Below are positions 60,294-64,000 of a DNA stretch of 64,000 bases, piece after piece. The first letter of the stretch is position 1, and the number at the start of each line of letters is the position of its first letter. Position numbers and translations under genes: made by a program. The notes under the pieces are model-generated. The model saw only the letters and a program-made list of their open reading frames with translations. It did no database searches and was not told the origin of the DNA. The DNA comes from Macrostomum lignano (Eukaryota), in the NCBI GenBank assembly GCA_002269645.1, contig NIVC01001601.1:124001-188000 (forward strand). The letters are read 5' to 3'.

Positions 60294-61779
60294 TAACAAT
60301 GGATAGCTGTAATAATAGGTGATAAGCTGATAAAGATAGGCATAAGCAGTGAGTTAGATTTCTCAATTGAAGATGCAAAATATAACATTGATTAGGCCTA
60401 GAGACTAGGGTGGAGTAGGCCCTAGGATAATTTGGTTAAGGGAAATCTTTGTCCAGGGAAGAAATGTAAGCAATTGAAATCAATATATACAATATCTATA
60501 AATACATAGGCCTAGTTCTTTGAAGTTATGGAATCCAAATGACAACACTTCTGCAATTGACTAAAACTACCCTTTTAATTGCAAAAACAAAAGTAGGCTA
60601 GCTTATACTACTAGATAGGCCTACCCACCTTACTAGGCCTATATAGGCCCTATTTAATTTTATTTAAAAGTTTGAATCTCATTTTTATCTGACAGAGTCA
60701 CTCAGATTAACATGAACTATTTCCTAAAATGGCATACATAGCTAAGTTTACTTACAAATTTAAAGTTAAATAGTGGATTATGATTTACAAATCATAAAAG
60801 ATATTTACATTTAGAAAATTTCATGTGTCTATTCTATCTCTATACAGGGCTTAGACCTTAGGTTTAATAGCATAGGTGGTACACAGTAGACATGTATTTT
60901 GAATGCCTACAACAGCTGTATCAATGATTTCAGTGGATGAAACCACTTATTAGGGAACTTGGTTGGAGTATGGATATATAAATATAATTGAGTATGGGCC
61001 TATATTATGAATGAGTGTCCATTCTCAAACTTAGCATATTGTTATCATGTTTGTATGACATGAGATATGCTATGGCAATACAAATTTAATTTTTTTATTA
61101 GAGAGATTTAATATAGAAGGCCTGATATGCTAGGCCAGGCTGGCTATAGTTTAGCTAGCCAAAGTGCATATATAGGCCCCCCCTAGTCTATGTAATTTCA
61201 TGACTACGTCAAAATGTGATAAAACTATATCTATAGAACGTTTTCGCGACTAAAACATAATAGAAACCAATAGAACAGGGTCTTAAAAGTAAAATGTTAG
61301 ATGGGTTTTTTTGAAGCAGGCTTAAATCAATTACAACAGGCTTCTGAATATTAAAAACGTGAAAATTTGCTATCTCGCCAATGTATTTTGCGGTGAAAAT
61401 CGGACTTCAAAAAAATTTCCACGAAATCCGAGTGTAACGTCCTCTATCTACTAGTGGTCCTTGGCGGTACCCCGTCTGGTAGTCGGATTTGCTTAGTTTA
61501 TCCCGCCACCATCGCAGCACGTATCAGTAATACGTAGTGTAAATCTCTTTCCCAACAAGTATACAAAAACAATGCAATCTTAACAAACGTATAGTGACAT
61601 CGCCCCAATATCAATCGGCGATATATCGCCCCATACAGCCCGCGGCGGGGAGTGAGCGATATCGATGCGATTCTTTTGGTTACGTGGGTCATTACGTTTT
61701 CAACCTTTTCCCAGTAAAAAATACTGGATACAAAAGGTTTGAAGTGTTGTACGAGAAGGACAATGGGTTGATTTGGGTT

Positions 61780-62245
61780 TGATGACTTTGGGTGTTGGCT
61801 GATTTGGGGTGCTGGGTGTTTTGGGGCGTTGAGTGATTTGGGGTGTTGGGTGATTTGGAGTGGTGGGGGATTTGGGGTGGTTAGTGATTTGGGGTGGTGG
61901 GTGATTTGGGGTGGTGGGTGTTTTAGGGCGTTAAGTGATTTGGGGTGGTGGGTGATTTGGGGTGGTGGGTGTTTTGGGGTGGTGGGTGTTTTGGGGTGGT
62001 GGGTGATTTGGAGTGGTGGGGGATTTGGGGTGGTTAGTGATTTGGAGTGGTGGGTGATTTGGGGTGGTGGGTGTTTTAGGGCGTTGAGTGATTTGGGGTG
62101 TTGGGTGATTTGGAGTGGTGGGGGATTTGGGGTGGTTAGTGATTTGGGGTGGTGGGTGATTCGGGTGGTGGGTGATTTGGGGTGGTGGGTGTTTTAGGGC
62201 GTTGGGTGATTTGGGGTGGTGGGTGATTTGGGGTGGTGGATGATT
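61780..62245. repeat. G/T-rich ~17-bp minisatellite (GGGTGGTGGGTGATTTG) downstream of NUDT2
   Basis: Direct periodicity. Confidence 0.93.
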
Positions 62246-62653
62246 TATGATAGAGGGTTATTTGAAGTGGCGGTCAGTTTTCGGTGAGCGTTTTCAAGTA
62301 GTGCACGCTGTGGTTTGATTACCTGCATTTTTTTCAGAAAAACGAGCAAGTCTGCTTAACAGCAGCTGAATCACAATGACAGATTTAGACAACCAAAATA
62401 CCTATATGAGCTTGCATCTTTATTTTGCGAGTATGTTACTAAACAACACGTGATGATCACGGCAAAATGTATTGCTTGTTTATAGTGATGTTCAGCTATT
62501 TCTCCTATCAGTGATCATTCAAAACAAGTTAAACGACGCGTGATTGAATTTTGGTTAATGCAGGCTGTTTAACTAAATTTAAACTTTGTAATAAACGTCA
62601 AAGATTATTACAGTTTATATTGCTGGCTTAATTGGAATTGGACAGAGACAGAA

Positions 62654-63334
62654 CTACCGAGACTTTGCCGTCATGTCAGCGATATACTGGTGTGCGGACT
62701 GCAGAACCTCGATGCTCTCCTTGAACTTCACCAGCTCTTTGGCCCGCTCGATGCTGCACCAGGCGAAGTCTTTGTGCTCGTCCGACAGACGGATCGGAGC
62801 GTCCGGGTTCGACATCTGGCCGAGGTAGTAGGTCACCGACTTCTGCTTGCTAGTGTTTTGGGGTGGTGGTGTTTTGGGGTAGTGGCGTTTTGGAGTGGTG
62901 GTGTTTTTGGGGTGGTGGTGTTTTTGGGGTGGTGGTGTTTTTGGGGTAGTGGTGTTTTTGGGGTGGTGGTGTTTTGGGGAGGTGGGTGATTTGGGGTGGT
63001 GTTCAAACATTGTAGTCGGGGATTCTACAAGGGCAGTCTGTGCATGTACATAAGCGATTCCCCAATTCGCCAGCACCAGCACGAACCCGAAGGCGACGTA
63101 GCTGACGGCGTGAACCCAGTCCGGCACCAGCCGATAGTCCGCCCCCTCTTTCAAGCCGCACTCCTCCACAGTCTCCCTGATGGCGCACTGCCGCAAATCT
63201 TCCCCGGGATCCACGTGACCTTTAGGCGGAGTCCACAGTCCCTCCTCGATGGTGGCGTGCAGCAGCAGGTACTGCACTCCCGCCGACACTGTGCGGTAGA
63301 TCACGATTCCCGAGGCCGCCACGGCAGGAGACAT
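62654..63334 (-). CDS. NUDT2: Bis(5'-nucleosyl)-tetraphosphatase (asymmetrical Ap4A hydrolase), 2 exons, 147 aa
   Basis: Exons 63334-63087 and 62849-62654 (GT at 63086, AG at 62850; phase 2). WTPPKGHVDPGE, a perfect Nudix box GX5EX7RETVEECGL, YVAFGKQKSVTYYL and IRLSDEH. The 226-aa ORF reads through a 237-nt intron. Confidence 0.95.
   Translation of the reverse strand: MSPAVAASGIVIYRTVSAGVQYLLLHATIEEGLWTPPKGHVDPGEDLRQCAIRETVEECGLKEGADYRLVPDWVHAVSYVAFGFVLVLANWGIAYVHAQTALVESPTTMFEHHPKSPTSPKHHHPKNTTTPKTPPPQKHHHPKNTTTPKRHYPKTPPPQNTSKQKSVTYYLGQMSNPDAPIRLSDEHKDFAWCSIERAKELVKFKESIEVLQSAHQYIADMTAKSR
62853..63000. repeat. G/T-rich minisatellite inside the NUDT2 intron
   Basis: GGGGTGGTGGTGTTTTT units run up to the acceptor. 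Confidence 0.92.
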
Positions 63335-63902
63335 CGCTGGCTAAATTTCGGGAACAGCTGAAGTAGGTACAAGCAATTTTACAGGCTCAGCCGATAGTTT
63401 ATTGACAATATTCGCTAATTGCCTACTTTAAGTAGAAAACTGCCCTCGTGAACTTAACGGTAGAATAATTCCAGCTGTTTAGATTGTAATCAGGTGATTT
63501 TCCTGCACTTTTGGTTGAATTGTTAGGCCAGACGCGCAGATGTAAGCGGACACCCACGGAGCAGAGCTAATGCACTGGTGCGAGTACTCTACCAAAGACC
63601 ACTAGGAACACTTCGTCTAGAAGTCCTTGGTACTAACTAACTGAAGTCGGGTTTGTACACTTTGGTCAGAATATTTAGCCGAGTGGCCTACAGTTACGTA
63701 AACTTCGCCATACGTACGGGCGCAGTTTAGGAAAGCTTGATTTAAAATTTGCATATAGAATTAGCTAAACTAATTCGCAATGCTAAGCTGTTTAATGACG
63801 CACCAAATACCTTATAAAACATTTATGCTAGCCCAAATTAAAAGCATTTAACTCAACATTTGTGAACTCATGAATTTCACAGAATGCCGCATCTTGATCC
63901 AA

Positions 63903-64000
63903 CACAGTCCCACACCCTGACTGCAATATCCTACACAGTCCCACACCCTGACTGCAATATCCTACACAGTCCCACACCCTGACTGCAATATCCTACACAA
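63903..64000. repeat. 31-bp tandem repeat (CACAGTCCCACACCCTGACTGCAATATCCTA), truncated by the window end
   Basis: Three units visible. Confidence 0.9.

Larger units (their letters stand above)
57379..61463 (-). mobile_element. P-element-like (THAP) DNA transposon, internally deleted (4085 bp)
   Basis: Imperfect TIRs CACGGACTACTTAAGTAGAAGGACGTAACACTC versus CAAGGACCACTAGTAGATAGAGGACGTTACACTC (reverse complement of the right end); 8-bp TSD GCGGTACC at 57371-57378 and 61464-61471. Confidence 0.9.

Overview
Eukaryotic (metazoan) genomic DNA with GC-rich spliced exons embedded in tandem repeats and transposons. This style is compatible with a very repeat-rich invertebrate such as a Macrostomum-like flatworm, but the species cannot be determined from the sequence. 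I reconstructed exon structures by hand for four host genes. (1) Mitochondrial ClpX: minus strand, 6 exons, about 650 aa. (2) An RZ-family RGS protein with a cysteine string: plus strand, 5 exons, 263 aa. (3) NUDT2-type Ap4A hydrolase: an intact copy (minus strand, 147 aa spliced) and a disrupted paralog. (4) A TMEM59/BSMAP-like membrane protein gene (minus strand) whose Cys-rich exon is split by a hAT transposon. Mobile DNA comprises a full-length hAT element with an 8-bp TSD and one frameshift, a same-family non-autonomous hAT that is about 90% 21-bp minisatellite, a young Ty3/Gypsy LTR element with a 5-bp TSD, an internally deleted P-like THAP element with an 8-bp TSD, an old Gypsy pol relic fragmented by these insertions, a solo-LTR-like insert and a tandem Helitron/HINE-like unit. 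Almost every long ORF in the supplied track is an artefact of about 25 micro/minisatellite arrays. I found no rRNA, tRNA or CRISPR array. I cannot support a clearly new multi-gene system. The most original signals are the shared 21-bp unit between the hAT MITE array and an in-frame repeat in the hAT transposase, the KP-like deleted P element, the TMEM59-like gene architecture, and a TAGGCCTA-rich, CpG-poor sequence compartment. All coordinates and counts were done by eye, and isolated stops or frameshifts could be assembly errors.
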